From contig JAWMAR010001182.1 in NCBI GenBank assembly GCA_036785375.1, positions 186,001-250,000 on the forward strand: a DNA stretch of 64,000 bases. The letters run 5' to 3'. The position numbers were made by a program, and so were the translations under genes. Numbering within the stretch: the stretch's first letter is position 1; each line of letters opens with the position of its first letter. This document shows, piece by piece, positions 24,810-38,040 of the stretch. Under the pieces are notes generated by a model. The model saw only the letters and a program-made list of their open reading frames with translations. It had not been told where the DNA came from and did not search any database. The stretch is from Leucoraja ocellata (lineage: Eukaryota).

Positions 24810-27800
24810 TAGGGTACTGGAAGAGAGAAGGTGGGTGACAGTGAGAAAGGGAAGGAGACATGGAATGCAAAGGTCCCCGGGTATTGTACCTCTTGAGAAC
24901 AGGCTCACCCACTTAGAAGCTGTCGGGACAGAAGACGTTAAACACTGAGCGGCGGACTGGCTTGCGTAGCAAAAGGTGCTGTTGAGCCAAATCCAAAGAG
25001 GCCGACGTTAGGCAACGCCGTGTTACTTGGAAACTCCATTGTGAGAGGTACGGACAGTTGCTTCCAGTTCCTCGTGCTGGCGAGAGCAGGAACAGGGAGA
25101 TACAGGTCCTGAATGCATGGCTGAGGACCTGGTGCAGGGGGCAGGGATTTAGATTCTTAGAACACTGGGATGTTTTGGAGTAAGGGGGAACTGTACAAAA
25201 GGGACTGATTGCACTTTATCAGGTGGGACACTAGCATTCTGGCAGGCAGGTTTGGCACAGCTACACTGATGGTTTTAAACTGACTAAGGGGGGGGGGGGG
25301 GGGGTGTCAAATGGGATAGTCAAGGATAGAGTTAAAGGGAAAAAGAGTAAATGGATAGTTAATGACCCCCAGAATTAATGGAAAAGAATGCTCACAAAGG
25401 GATAGGAGACTATGGCCAAGTGTAATAGGGATCGATGTGAAAGGTGAGATGCGTAAGGAATTAAAAGTATTGTATATGAATGCGCAAAGTATAAGACGTA
25501 AAGTAGATGTGCTTGAGGCTCAGTTAGTGGTTGGTAGATATGACATTGTGGGGATTACTGACACGTGGCTACAGTTGAAGAATTGTAAAGGGAAGAAAAC
25601 TAATTGGTGTTATCTACAGACCCCCAAATAGTAGACCGGATGTAGCGTGTAAGTTGCAGCAGGAGTTAAAACTGGCATGTAACTAAGGTAATGCCACTCT
25701 GGTGCCTCCGAGATGGGTTATTATAGCAGCTTGTAATGGAGCCGACCAGATAATTCTAGATTTAGTGTTGTCCAATCAACCAGATTTGATAAGAGAACTC
25801 GAGGTAAGGAACCGTTTGGAGGTAGTGATCATAATATGATTAGTTTTAATCTGCAATTTGAGAAGGGGAAGATTAAATCGGAAATGTCAGTGATGTAGTT
25901 GAACAAGGGGGACTATGAAGGCATGAGAGGGGAGCTGGCCAAGGTAGACCGGAAAGGCAGCCTAGCAGGAATGACGATGGAACAGCAATGGCAGGAATTT
26001 CTGGGCATAATCCGGAAGACGCAGGATAATTTCATTCGAAAAAGGAAGAAAGATTCTAAGGGGAGTAGGAGGCAACCGCGGCTGATAAGAGAAGTTCAGA
26101 ATAGAATAACATTAAAAGAAAAGATGTATGACACAGCAAAAAGTAGCCATAAGCCATAGGATTGGGAAACGTCCATAGGGCAACAGAAGGAAACAAAGCG
26201 TGCAATAGGAGCTGAGAAGATAAAGTGTGAGTGAAAGTTAGTCAAGAACATCAGGAGGGACTATAAAAGCTTCTTTAGATATGATAAGGGGAAAAAGTAG
26301 CAAAGTCAAATGTGGGTCTCTTGAAGACAGACACGGGTGAAATTATTATGGGTAATAATGAAATGGCAGAATAGTTGAACTGGTACTTCGGATCTGTCTT
26401 AGAAGAACAGAAGAAGACACAAACAATCTCCCAGATGTACTGGAGGACAGAGGATCTGAGGGGTAGCGGAACTGAAATACATTTTCTTTAGGCGAAAAAT
26501 AGAATTGGGTAGGCGAATGGGACGGAAGGATGATAAATCCCCTGGGTCTGATGGTCTGCATCCCAGGATCCTCATGGAGGTGGCTCTACAAATAGTGGAC
26601 GCATTGGTGACCATTGTCCAATGTTCCATCGATTCAGGGTCAGTTCCTGTGGATGGAAGTATAACTAATGTTATAGTAACATTGAAACATAGAAAATAGG
26701 TGCAGGAGTAAGCCATTCGGCCCTGCGAGCCAGCACCGCCATTCAATATGACCATGGCTGATCGTCCAACTCAGCATCATGTACCTGCCTCCACTCCATA
26801 CCCCCTGATCCCTTTAGCCACAAGGGCCACATCCAACTCCCTCTTTAATATAGCCAATGAACTGACCTCGAGGACTTTCTGTGGCAGAGAATTCCACAGA
26901 TTCACTGCTCTCAGTTTGATTTATTTTTCTCATCTCGGTCCCAAAAGACTTCCCCCTTATCCTTAAACTGACCACTTGTTCTGGACTCCCCCAACATCGG
27001 GAACAATCTAGCCTGTCCAACCCGTTATGGATGTTGTAAGTTTCTATAAGATCCCCCCTCAATCTTCCAAATTCTAGCGAGTACAAGCCGAGTCTATCCA
27101 GTCGTGCTTTATATGGAAGTCCTGCCATCCCATGGATCAGTGTGGTGAACCTTCTGTGAACTCCCTCCATGGCAAGCATGTCTTTCCTCAGATTAGGAGA
27201 CCAAAACTGTACGGAATACTCCAGGTGGGGTCTCACCTAGGCCCTGTATAGCTGCAGTAGAACTTCCCTGCCCCTATTCTGAAAACATTTTTGCTATGAA
27301 TGCCAACATACCATTCGCCTTCCTCACTGCCTGCTGCACCTGCACGCCTACTTTCAATGACTGGTGTACCATGACACCCAGGTCTCGTTGCATCTCCCCT
27401 TTTCCTAATCGGCCACCATTCAGATAATAGTCCACTCTACTAGTTACATCATCGAAAAATGCTATAAGATTCGTCAGACATGAGTTACCTTTCATAAATC
27501 CATGCTGACTGTCCAATGATGTATCCACTTTCCAAATGTGCTGCTATCCCATCTTTAATAACTGACTCTAGCATTTTCCCCACTACCGATGTTAGACTAA
27601 CTTGTCTGTAATTACCCGTTTTCTCTCTCCCTTCCTTCTTAATAGGTGGGGTTACATTAGCTACCCTCCAATCCTCAGGAACTACTCCAGAATCTGAAGA
27701 GTTTTGAAAAATGATCACGAATACATCCACTGTTTCTGTGGCTACATCCTTTAGCACGCTACGATGCCGCCTATCTGGCCCTGGGGATTTATCGGCCTTT

Positions 27801-29030
27801 AATCTATTCAATTTACCTCACACCACTTCCCGACTGACATGCATTTCACTCCGCTCCTCCATCTTATTTCACCCCCGGCCCCCTGCTAATTCCGGCAAAT
27901 TATTTATGACTTCCTCATCCCACTTTTCAAGAAAGGAGCGAGAGAGTAAACGGGGAATTACAGACCAGTTAGCCTGACTTCGGTGGTAGATAAGATGCTG
28001 GAGTCAATTAATAAAGAGGTAATAATGGGGAATTTGGATAGCAAAAGGATTAGTCCAAGTCTACATGGATTTATGAAAAGGGAGATCATGCTTGACCAAT
28101 CTTCGGGAATTTTTTGAGGTTGTGACACGTTAAATGTTTGGAGGGGATCCATTGGATGTAGAGTATCTAGACTTTCAGAAAGCCTTTGATAAGGTGCCGC
28201 ACGGGAGACTGGTGACTAAAATTAGAGCACATGGTATTGGGGATAGGGTGTTGACATAGATAGAAAATTGATTGGCAGAGGAAGCAAAGAGTAAGAGTGA
28301 ACGGGTCATTTTCAGAATGGCAGGCGGTGGCGAGTGGAGTGCCTCAAGGTGTTGGGGCTGCAACTTTTCACCATATATATTAATGATTTGGAAGAGGGAA
28401 TTAGGAGCAACACTACCAGGTTTGCAGATGACACAAAGCTGTGTGGCAGTGTGAACTGTGAAGAGGATGTTAGGAAGTTGCAGGGTGACCTGGACAGGTA
28501 GAGTGAATGGGCAGTTGCGTGGCAGATGCAGTATAATATAGATAAATATGAGGTTATCCACTTTGCCGGCAAACGCAAGGGAGCAAATTATTATCTCAAT
28601 GGGTTTAGGTTAGGTAACGGGAGGGGGAGGGGGGGGTGGGGGTGGGGGGGTGCATCGAGACCTGGGCGGCCTTGTACACCAGTCATTGAACGTTGGCGTG
28701 CAGATACAGGAGGCAGTGAAGAAAGCTAATGGAATGTTGGCCTTCGTAACAAGAGGATTTCAGTTTCGGAGTAAAGAGGTTCTTCTGCAGTTGTATAGAG
28801 CTCTGGTAAGGCCATATCTGGAGTATTGTGTGCAGTTTTTGTCTCCTAAATTGAGGAAGGACATCCTCGTGCTTGAGGCATTTCAGCGTAGGTTCACGAG
28901 ATTGATCCCTGAGATGGCGGGACTGGCATATGAGGAAAGATTGAAAAGACTGGGCTTGTATTCACTGGAGTTTAGAAAGATGAGTGGGGGTCTTGTAGAA
29001 ACATATACAATTATAAATGGACAAGCTAGA
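24810..29030 (+). mobile_element. Long decayed CR1 (ORF1 esterase-like, endonuclease, RT) with a nested inverted CR1 at about 26683-27916
   Basis: ORF1-like WVTVRK / VPLENR / LLGNSIVRG / WCRGQGFRFL; endonuclease LKVLYMNAQSIRRK...YDIVGITDTWL. RT breaks at ...ITNV and resumes at IPLFKKG near 27917. Confidence 0.85.
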
Positions 29031-29764
29031 TGGAGGTGGGATTAATGCAAAACGATGCAGAATCTCTGGCTTACCACAAAGGCGAACTTACTCACCTTAC
29101 AACCATCTACTGGACACTAGCTTGTGACACTCTGCTTCCATTAAAAATATAGTTAGTAATGCCAACTTGTTTGAACGGCACCCACTACCTTTGGCTGCAT
29201 CTGGTGCAGAATTACTAATTGTACTGAAAACCGAAGGCCTCTGTAAGAAGCAACGAGACATTATATTCTGCGCGAGAAGCAAAAATAGAATGGAATGCGC
29301 ATTAACGTAAATGTTGCAACAAGAATTTTATTAAACGCATTGGTGCACTGGGCATTTACAGACGTAACCATGGAACGTCTCAAAGAATTGTAGAGGAATG
29401 GAGCATGCAATGTTTAGGACCATAACTCTATGTCTGTTTTCATTACGTGCTGGAGACGTTGCCGCTGGATTCAAAAGAAGATGGAAACAGTTAACGACGA
29501 GGCTCAATTCCGGATTCATTGGAGGTCTGCTCCAGTACAACATAGCACTCGGTTCAACATGGCCGCTCTCCCCACTGGGCATTTTGAACAACGCGCCCGT
29601 GTCGCATGTTAAATAGATGGCAAAATGTGCATCACAGTGCAGGGGACGCGTTCAGATTGTATTTCTCAGCTATATTTTTGAAAATTAATGCGGAAAGCTT
29701 TCAGACAAAACTCCTTCATGACCTAGTTTTTGCACTGACTCACGGTGGGATTAGTAACGTAATG

Positions 29765-32488
29765 TTATTTTACACCCGGTTTTCTCGATTTTATTAAACT
29801 TACAGTTAGGGTGAAGGGGTACATCAGTACCTGGAGCAGCTGCTCTCTGAACCTCCTCTGGGTCACGGTGTAAATGAGCGTGTTTGTGCTGGTGTTCAAC
29901 AGTTGTAGCAGAATTCCAGTTTGTTCAAATGTTGCAAATTGGTTCATCAACCCCCTGACCCGAAATGCATTCGTAATTCGATAGAAAACGAAATATGCTA
30001 CATTTGTGCCCCAGAACAGCATAAAACTGCTGGAGATTGCAAGGAGTAAAATTACGGACCGTCTGCGGTTTGCGATCTCGGGGTCCTCATTACTGAGATC
30101 GCGGAGTTTTCTGCGGACACGACTGGCCACTAAAATACGTCTGACTGTGAGCACGTTCATCAGCATAATTAAACAAAATGGAATGACTGGGACTAGCAGC
30201 TGTTGAGTCCAGGAAAATGCTATCCACGAGGATTGGCCATAAAACTGATATCTTATTAGGCAGCCCCACTGTGTACCCTGCTGATCCCTTTCATAATAAT
30301 TGTACGCAAAGGGCCAGGGGACGTTCAGTAAACAGAAGAACGCAGTTAGGGTCACTATAACCACCAGCGCGGTTCTCTCGGTGCAGTATCTGGTTCTCAG
30401 ATTCTGAGTGGAAATGGCCACAAAGCGATCAAATGTGAAAGCGACCGTAAGCCAAACAGAACAGGCAACGGCCGCGGGAGCGAGGAATATAATGGACCTG
30501 CACACAGTATAGTGGAAGAGGAAAGAGTACATCCAGGAAAGGTCGGCAATCCGATGTAATATCACTTCGCAGACGATCACCAAGAGGTCCACAGTCGCCA
30601 TGGCCACCAGGTACCGAGTGGTGCATTTGGAGAGACCACAATTTCTGCAGGACAGGATCACAATCGCCAGCAAGTTCACTGGAAAAGAGAAAACTGTCGT
30701 TACATGTAAGGGAAACGCGATGCTCATTTGGAGGCGGGGGTCAAACTTGGGTACGCTTTGCTTATTTGTTCTAAAAAAACTGTCCCACATACAAACATGG
30801 GTGCGTGCTACGGAGCTGTGCGGATTACGTAGCAGCGGTCTACGAAGGCAGCGTAAGCTGTCTCCCATCCACACTTGTTGCACCGCAGACTGCATATTGC
30901 AGCAACATGTCCGCATCAGACGCCATCGTCCTGGACCTAAACCCTTCCCGGGAACAGCCAGGCAGCAAGGAGTCGAAAGTCAGATTCCCATTCCCAACAC
31001 TACTCCCATCCAGCCCATTGATAAGCTCCCGAGCCTAGCGATCAGCACACCAGCTTCTAATGTTCTAATGAACGTACCTTAATCAGTGAGTAATAGTTAT
31101 AACACCCCTTCCACAATACATCTCTACAACGGTGCCGCATAAAGACGTCTCATCCGGTTCCCGGTTCTTCCTCCCATGCACTCACGACCCCGCGGCCAAA
31201 TGCGGCTGTGACTGCTCCCACAAGCTCCCAGATGATGACAATCTCTATGTCTGTATCAACGAGGCCAAGGAGCAAGTTATCGATATCAGGAAATGCGGTG
31301 GATCACCGGTCAGCAACAACGGTGCTGAAGTGGAAGTGATTGAGGACGTCAAGTTCCTCGGAGTTGATATTACCAACGATGTTTGTTGGACGACCACATC
31401 GAAAGGACAGCCAGCGGCAGACCAACACCTTTACTGAGAAGTCTGAGGAACTTTGACCTGCCTCTGATTACTCAAACATGCTGCGACAGATTAGCATAGA
31501 ACTCATACTGTTGGGTGTATCACAGCTTGTTGTGGGGACATATATGCCCTATAAAGAGTAAATTGCGCAGGGTTCTGGAAGATGCCGGGTCGTTATTACG
31601 AAATAGACTCCGCACTGTTGACTGCGTTTGCACTTCACAATCCCTTGGAAACGGAGACATGTCTCACCACGCTCATTCCTTCTACTCCCTGCACCCGTCG
31701 GGCAGAAGATACAGAAGGCTTAAAGCTCGCACCACCAGACTCCAGAACAGATTATTACCCTCTGTTGTCAGGCTTCTGATCCGCTCTTCCATATGCGAGG
31801 GTATTGCCGTTTCACCGCTATCCCCTTGCGGACATTGGGCGTTGTGGATGTGATACGCTGCAGTGCGCTCCCAAACTTGAACTACGTTCTGCACTCCGAT
31901 TTCCCCTCTTACACTACCTGTTACTGAGATTGAATTGTTTGTACTGATATTTAATATTATTTGATCTAATTTGGATTTCTTGCAAACCAATGCTTTTTGC
32001 AGTTCCCGGAGAGACATGACAACAATGCACCTAAACCTGAATCTGAAGAGAATTAACCTGTGCCAGATCCAATGAATGACGAACGATCCAGTAGCTTAAC
32101 AAATGAATAGGTGACGTTTCGGGTCGAGACCCTTCTTCAGACTGATCAGTCTCGACCCGAAACGTCACTTATTCCTTCGCTTCATAGATGCCGCTTCACC
32201 CGCTGTCTAATACTCCAGCATTTTTGTCTAGCTTCGATTTCTCCAGCAGCTGCAGTCATTTCTTAAACAAACATTTTCTAGTTAATACAGCCCTAACCTG
32301 AAGGTTGCAGTCTAGCATTCCCGTGTTTCGCACACTATTTTCACTTTACCTTTAACAATGTTTTTATCAACACATCATCCCGCATCTCAGTCCCACGTAC
32401 TGCGTTCCCTTGACCTACCGGGTACTCCGATTGCTGCCAGAATTGGATAATAATAATATTCAACTTCCAAGTGCCGCTTCCAATCCAT
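29765..32488 (-). CDS. Orphan class A GPCR, GPR139/GPR142-like (GPCR-1), 327 aa; exon 1 32419-32488, exon 2 29765-30678
   Basis: Exon 1 MDWKRHLEVEYYYYPILAAIGVP plus GT donor; ttttccAG acceptor in phase 1 into (V)NLLAIVILS. Seven hydrophobic segments, SVWLTVAFTFDRFVAI (TM3), LLNTSTNTLIY..TQRRFR (TM7/H8). The intron within TM1 resembles vertebrate GPR139. Confidence 0.92.
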
Positions 32489-34389
32489 TTCTCCTTCAAG
32501 CCGTCCGAGTTATGCAGTGCAAAACTTATAGGAGTCAAAGTGAGAAGTCAAACAGCGCTATATTTATATTCTTAGAAAAAACTGAAGGACTGCGTGCGTT
32601 CACCTCCCCGCGGACATTTATTGTGGACCGTTGAACAAATAGTTTGCTCCCAGGTGATGCAAAGCGATCAAACTCATTATGCGACCGCTCGCTGCTCAGG
32701 CACCAGCTGAGCTCCAACAGAACTAAGGAACTGTAAAATACGAGTGAACATTCTGTTTTTAAATTTTAACGCGTGGCACACAGATGCAGCAAAATTCATG
32801 TCATGTAGCATTGATCCACACATGCTGCGATGTAATACAGTATATTACTTGTCGCATTTGCAATGCATTTTCCAGCCACCGTTCCCATTGATAATTTAAT
32901 CTTATCCATGGAGCTGCCTTTCAAAAGGAAAGATAATCATTTTTTGGCAGGGTCTAATGATGTAAACCACAGGGAACCTTCTAGACGACATCGTATACAA
33001 TTCAGCTACAACAGCAGCATTAATTTATTTCAACTGTTGCCACTTCATGAAGTAAGGAATAGGCGAATATAACGTGTAATGTGATAACTGACTGGAAATA
33101 TACAACGGCTAGAAATATTCTTGATCAGATTATCGTTAAAGAAATGTGTTAATTCATAAAACACAGAGGTGAACAGCTTTTGATGTTATTCCAGATATTA
33201 GAGCGAAATTTTCTCAATTCAATGATCCGTTGGAGATATCAAGAATGTTGATGTACAAGATGATTTAATCGGTTAAGAAGAATCGCACCGACTGTAAATG
33301 TTTGGGGATAGATCATCCTGAAGAAAGTCTTGACCCAAGAAAGAAGTGTCATGTTTGCTGCACTCGACCTAAGCAATTCACTGACAAAAACTTCAGAGCA
33401 GTACACCACAGGGGGAGGGAAATTATTTTTCGAAATAGTGCATTTAAGATCCATTTAAGTATGCAACTTTATTCATATGAATGGTACTAATATTGGACAA
33501 TGTGAATTGTGAGATGGACTGGCTAATGCAGAAGCCTTATCCCGCTGCTGCGAACAAAACCAGGAGGAGTTATGGAGGGTTAACATATGACAAGATGATC
33601 AGTTGAGGTATTTTACTGTGTTCCTCGGATGTAGGTCTCTAAAAGAGGGCAAAAGTCTAAAATGAGGCGGTAAATATTTAAAGGGGACGCCGCGCCAACT
33701 CTCCTTCACGGGAGAGGCAGGTATATTGAACCAACTCTCACTGTAAGTGGTAGTTGCATATTACACAGCACAGAAACAGGGCCTTTTCTCCATCTTGTTC
33801 ATGAACAATTTGCTTGCACCCAATGCGAGTAAATTTGAATGTGGATGGTAAGATTTTTTTTCCCCTCAGCCAGCTTGAGGTGTCGGCTTATTTCACTGCA
33901 GGAGTCGCACGCAGTTGGGCATAAGTGGAATTTAACCATCTGGTCTGGGACGTTGGCGAGACCGGAGGTGCAATGTTGTTCCGATCGCAATATGTTAGCG
34001 ATGATACCATTAATCCGGGGAGTGGCAGAGTATTAATGACAACGTTTTTGCCAGGAATGGAGAGGTTGAATTCCGAGAGAGACTGTATAGGTCAGGATAT
34101 TTTATTTCTCTGGACCGAACGATGTTGTGATTTGACATTTCAAGTTTGGAACGTTTTCACGAGAGACAATATAATCAAGACAGTCGTCGCAATGCCCAAT
34201 TGTGTACCAAATGCCGAGGAAGAGAGATTTAGTAGAGTTGGAGACTCATATGTCATGTGCAGAAATTTGCGCCTTGCCTCGGGGGGAGATGGTGTGTTGT
34301 TCTTCGATCTTGGAATAAAGTCCTGGTGTCATCCTGCGAGCGCGACCAAACCAGAAGCGGGAGCCGCGCGGAGGTCGAGTGAGTGACAC

Positions 34390-34469
34390 GGCGGCGAGGC
34401 GGCGAGGCGGCGAGGCGGCGAGGCGGCGAGGCGGCGAGGCGGCGAGGCGGCGAGGCGGCGAGGCGGCGA
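34390..34469 (+). repeat. GC-rich tandem repeat (GGCGGCGA)x10; x3 at 2917-2940
   Basis: Units counted directly in both duplicate copies. Confidence 0.95.
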
Positions 34470-37400
34470 GGCGGCTGCGGTCAGGCAGGCCGTTGCCGCG
34501 CGGAATTTTTGAACACAGTCAGTTTTTCGGAGCCCCGCGCGATGTCGGGACCAGCTCCGCACAACTCCATACTCCTCCGGCGATCGAAGTGGGACCGGCC
34601 ACGCGAGGCTGCACGGCTCTAGCGACCACGTTAGGTCGCGCTTGCCGCATGGAGTCGCATGCTCGAGGGACAGGCCCTTTACACTGCATACACACTGTTT
34701 CACACAGGGAGTGCCCGGTATATGGAACTTGCTGCCAGAGGGAGTAGCATGACAGGTACTGTATTGGAAACACATGTGGACAGGTATATGGATACGGAAG
34801 GCGTAGGGAGGTATGGTACAAACGCGGGAAAATGACACTAGGGGGATCTTGGTCGGCATGGACAAGTTAGGTCCAAAGCGCTGTTTCCGTATGTCTCTCT
34901 GACGATGTATCAAATTGAATTATTCTCTCTGCGTAGACATATCGCATCAGCTGGTCGCTCCTCTGTCCATGCATGGACATTCCATCACATGCGAATAGTG
35001 GACAGGCGGACAGAGTAAACCTACGGACAAATTCTTGGCTTGAAGTTTGATGTTAGATGACAAATTCATGGCTTGAGATGTAAATATTAGTGGATAGTGT
35101 AAATATGAGCAAAACATTTTTTACACAGAGAGTGGCGAATCTCTGGAATTCTCTGCCACATAATGTAGTTGAGGCCAGTTCATTGGCTTTATTTAAGCGG
35201 GAGTTAGATGTGGTCCTTGTGGCTAAAGGTATCAGGGGGTATAGAGAGAAGGCAGTTACAGGATACTGAGTTGGATGATCAGCCATGATCATATTGAATG
35301 GCGGTACAGGCTCGAAGGCGGTACTACCCCTGCGCATATTTTCAATGTTTCTATGTTTCTTCATATAATGTCAGCTGATGCAATAAATGTAGTCAAAAGT
35401 CCCTTACAGACAGAATTACAGGTGAATTTGTAATGGAAAGCAAGGAATTGCAGACCAGTTTAACAAGTACTTACTGAAGGAAGACAGAAACAATCTCCCA
35501 GAAATATTAGAGGACCGAGGATCTATCGTGACTGAGGAACTGAAGGAAATTCGCATTAATCATGAAATAGTGTTGGGTAAAATGTTGGTACTGAAGACAG
35601 ATAAATCACCAGGACCTGATGGTCTGCATCCCAGAGTACCCACGGAGGTGGACCGAGAAATCGTGCTTGCATCAGTTCTTTTGACTCTGAATTAGTTCCT
35701 CCGGACTGGATGATAGCTAATGTAATCCCACTTTTTTTTAATGAAAGGAGGAAGAGAGAAAACGGGGAACTATAGACCAGTTAGGTTGACATTGGTAGAG
35801 GGCAGGATGCTTGAGTCGATTATTAATAGATTAATAGAACCGCATTTGGATAGCAGTGACAGGATAGGTCAGACTTATCATTGATTTCTGAAGGGGAAAT
35901 CATGCTTGACAAATCTTCGGGATTTTTTTGAGGACGTAACAAGTAGGATGGATAAGGGAGTGCCAGTGGATGTGGTGTATCTGGACTTTCAATAAAAGCT
36001 TTGACAAGGTCCACCACAGGATAGTCGTGTGCAAAATTGCAGCACATTGTATTGGGGGTAGGCTATTGACACGGATAAAGATCTGGTTGGCAGGCAGGAA
36101 GCAAAGAGTAGGAAATAACAGGTCCTTTTCAGAATGGCATGCAGTGACCCGTGGAGTACCGTAAGGCTAAGTGCTGGGGCTCCAGTTGTTTACAATATAT
36201 ATTAACGATTTAGACGAAGGAATTAAATGCAACATCTCCATGTTTGCGGATGACACAAAGCTGGGTGGCGGTGTGAGCTGCGAGGAGAATGCGATGAGGC
36301 CGCCTGGTGACTAGGTTCGGTGCGTGGCAGATGCAAGTAAGATGCAGTATAATATGGATACATGTGAGTGTATGCACATTGGTGGCAAGAACAAGAAGGC
36401 AGATTATTATCTAAATGGTGTCAGATTTGGGAACGGGGAGTGTCAACGGGACACTGGTGTCCTTGTACATTAAACACTGAAAGTAAGCATGCAGGTATAA
36501 CAGGCAATGAAGAAAGCTAATGGCATGTTGGCTTTCATAGCGAGAGGATGTGTGTAAAGGAGCAAAGCGATCCTGGCGAGACCGCAGTTTTGGTCTCCTT
36601 ATTTGAGGAAGGGCATTCTTGCTATTGAGGGAGTGCAGCGTATGTTCACCATCTTAATTCCCGGGATGGCGGGACTGACATGTGATGAAATCATGGATCG
36701 ACTGGGTTTATATCCACTGGAATTTAGAAGGGTGAAAGGGGATCGTATAGAAACATATAAGATTCTTAAGGAATTATACAGGACAAATGTTTCCGATGTT
36801 GGGAGTCGAGAACCAGGGGTCACAATTTAAGAATAAGGGAGAGGCTATTTGGGACTGGGATGAGGAAAAGCGTTTTCAACAAGAGAGCTTTGAATCTATG
36901 GAATTATCCGGCACAGAAGGCAGTGGAGGCCAATTCACTCGATGTATTCAAGTGAGAGTTAGACTTTGCTCTTCGGCCAACCGAATCAAGGGATATGAGG
37001 AGAAAGCAGGGACAGGGTACTGATTCTGGATGATCAGCCAGGATCATATTGAACGGTGGTGATGGCTCGAAGAGCCGAATGCTGAGAGAATGGAGCAGCT
37101 GGGCTTGTACACTCTGGAGCTTAGAAGGATGAGAGGAGATATCATTGAAACATGTAAGATTTTTAAGGGCGTGGACATGCTAGAGGCAGGAAACATGCAC
37201 CTATGGTCTATTGTCTATTGTCTATATGTCATACCATGAGTGCTAGATACCTGCAAGCATAAGTCGACATGGAAGCACATTACATCTGGTCAGCATTCGC
37301 AGATTCTACAGCTAAAAGTAAATATCGAGGTTATTGCCCATTTCATTTACTGAGTTTCTTGTTCTTTGCTGGAATAAGAAAGAAAAGATCACAATTCCAT

Positions 37401-37795
37401 TGGAATGATCAATTTCAGTGTATTTAAGTGTATTCCTCTCCAGATAAATTACAATTACCAATGAAGATGGCGCATACTTTCCACAGTTAGAAGATAGTCA
37501 TTGTGTCGCTTTGTTCATGTCTTTGTCGCACTGTTGCCACGTGCTTCCAAACTGGCTGAACTATTCCATGTCAACCTGAAGAAAGTATGCCAATAAATGA
37601 TCATAATTGTGAATGCAAACACCGCACTTAACGTTACTCTGTTCAACGTCTCCGGTCACGTGCTGTGCAATTTAACATTTCCTCACCTATTATCTTCTCT
37701 TAATATTTATTTGTCTGTGTGTTTCTCTGTCATGCGCCCAGCCCACCCTATAGGAATAATTGGCCATCTATGTTTGTTAATCAGATCTAAATCAT

Positions 37796-38040
37796 GCAGT
37801 GGTGAATCTCTGGAACTCTCTGCCACAGAGGGTAGTTGCGGCCAGTTCATTGGCTATATTTAAGAGGAAGTTAGATGTGGCCCTTGTGGCTAAGGGGATC
37901 AGGGGGTATGGAGAGAAGGCAGGTACGGGATACTGAGTTGGATGATCAGTCATGATCATATTGAATGGCGGTGCAGGCTCGAAGGGCCGAATGGCCTACT
38001 CCTGCACCTAATTTCTATGTTTCTATGTTTCTATGTTTCT
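37796..38040 (+). mobile_element. CR1 3' end (about 245 bp) occupying the site of the deleted V-a segment
   Basis: CR1 3' UTR with (TTTCTATG)x3 tail; flanks match 6246 and 7966 of copy 1. Confidence 0.88.

Noticed and set aside
29633-29639. CACAGTG near the GPCR-1 3' end (also 9963-9969) as a possible RSS or D segment
   Set aside because: No nonamer at 12- or 23-nt spacing, so there is no evidence that the GPCRs themselves rearrange or that D segments are present.
30679-30916. Long N-terminal extension of the GPCR-1 ORF (likewise 56402-56498 for GPCR-2)
   Set aside because: Intron read-through; a polypyrimidine-AG acceptor and a proper upstream exon 1 exist.
34379-34747. Repetitive (AARRRGGE)n ORFs
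   Set aside because: Translation of the 8-bp VNTR.
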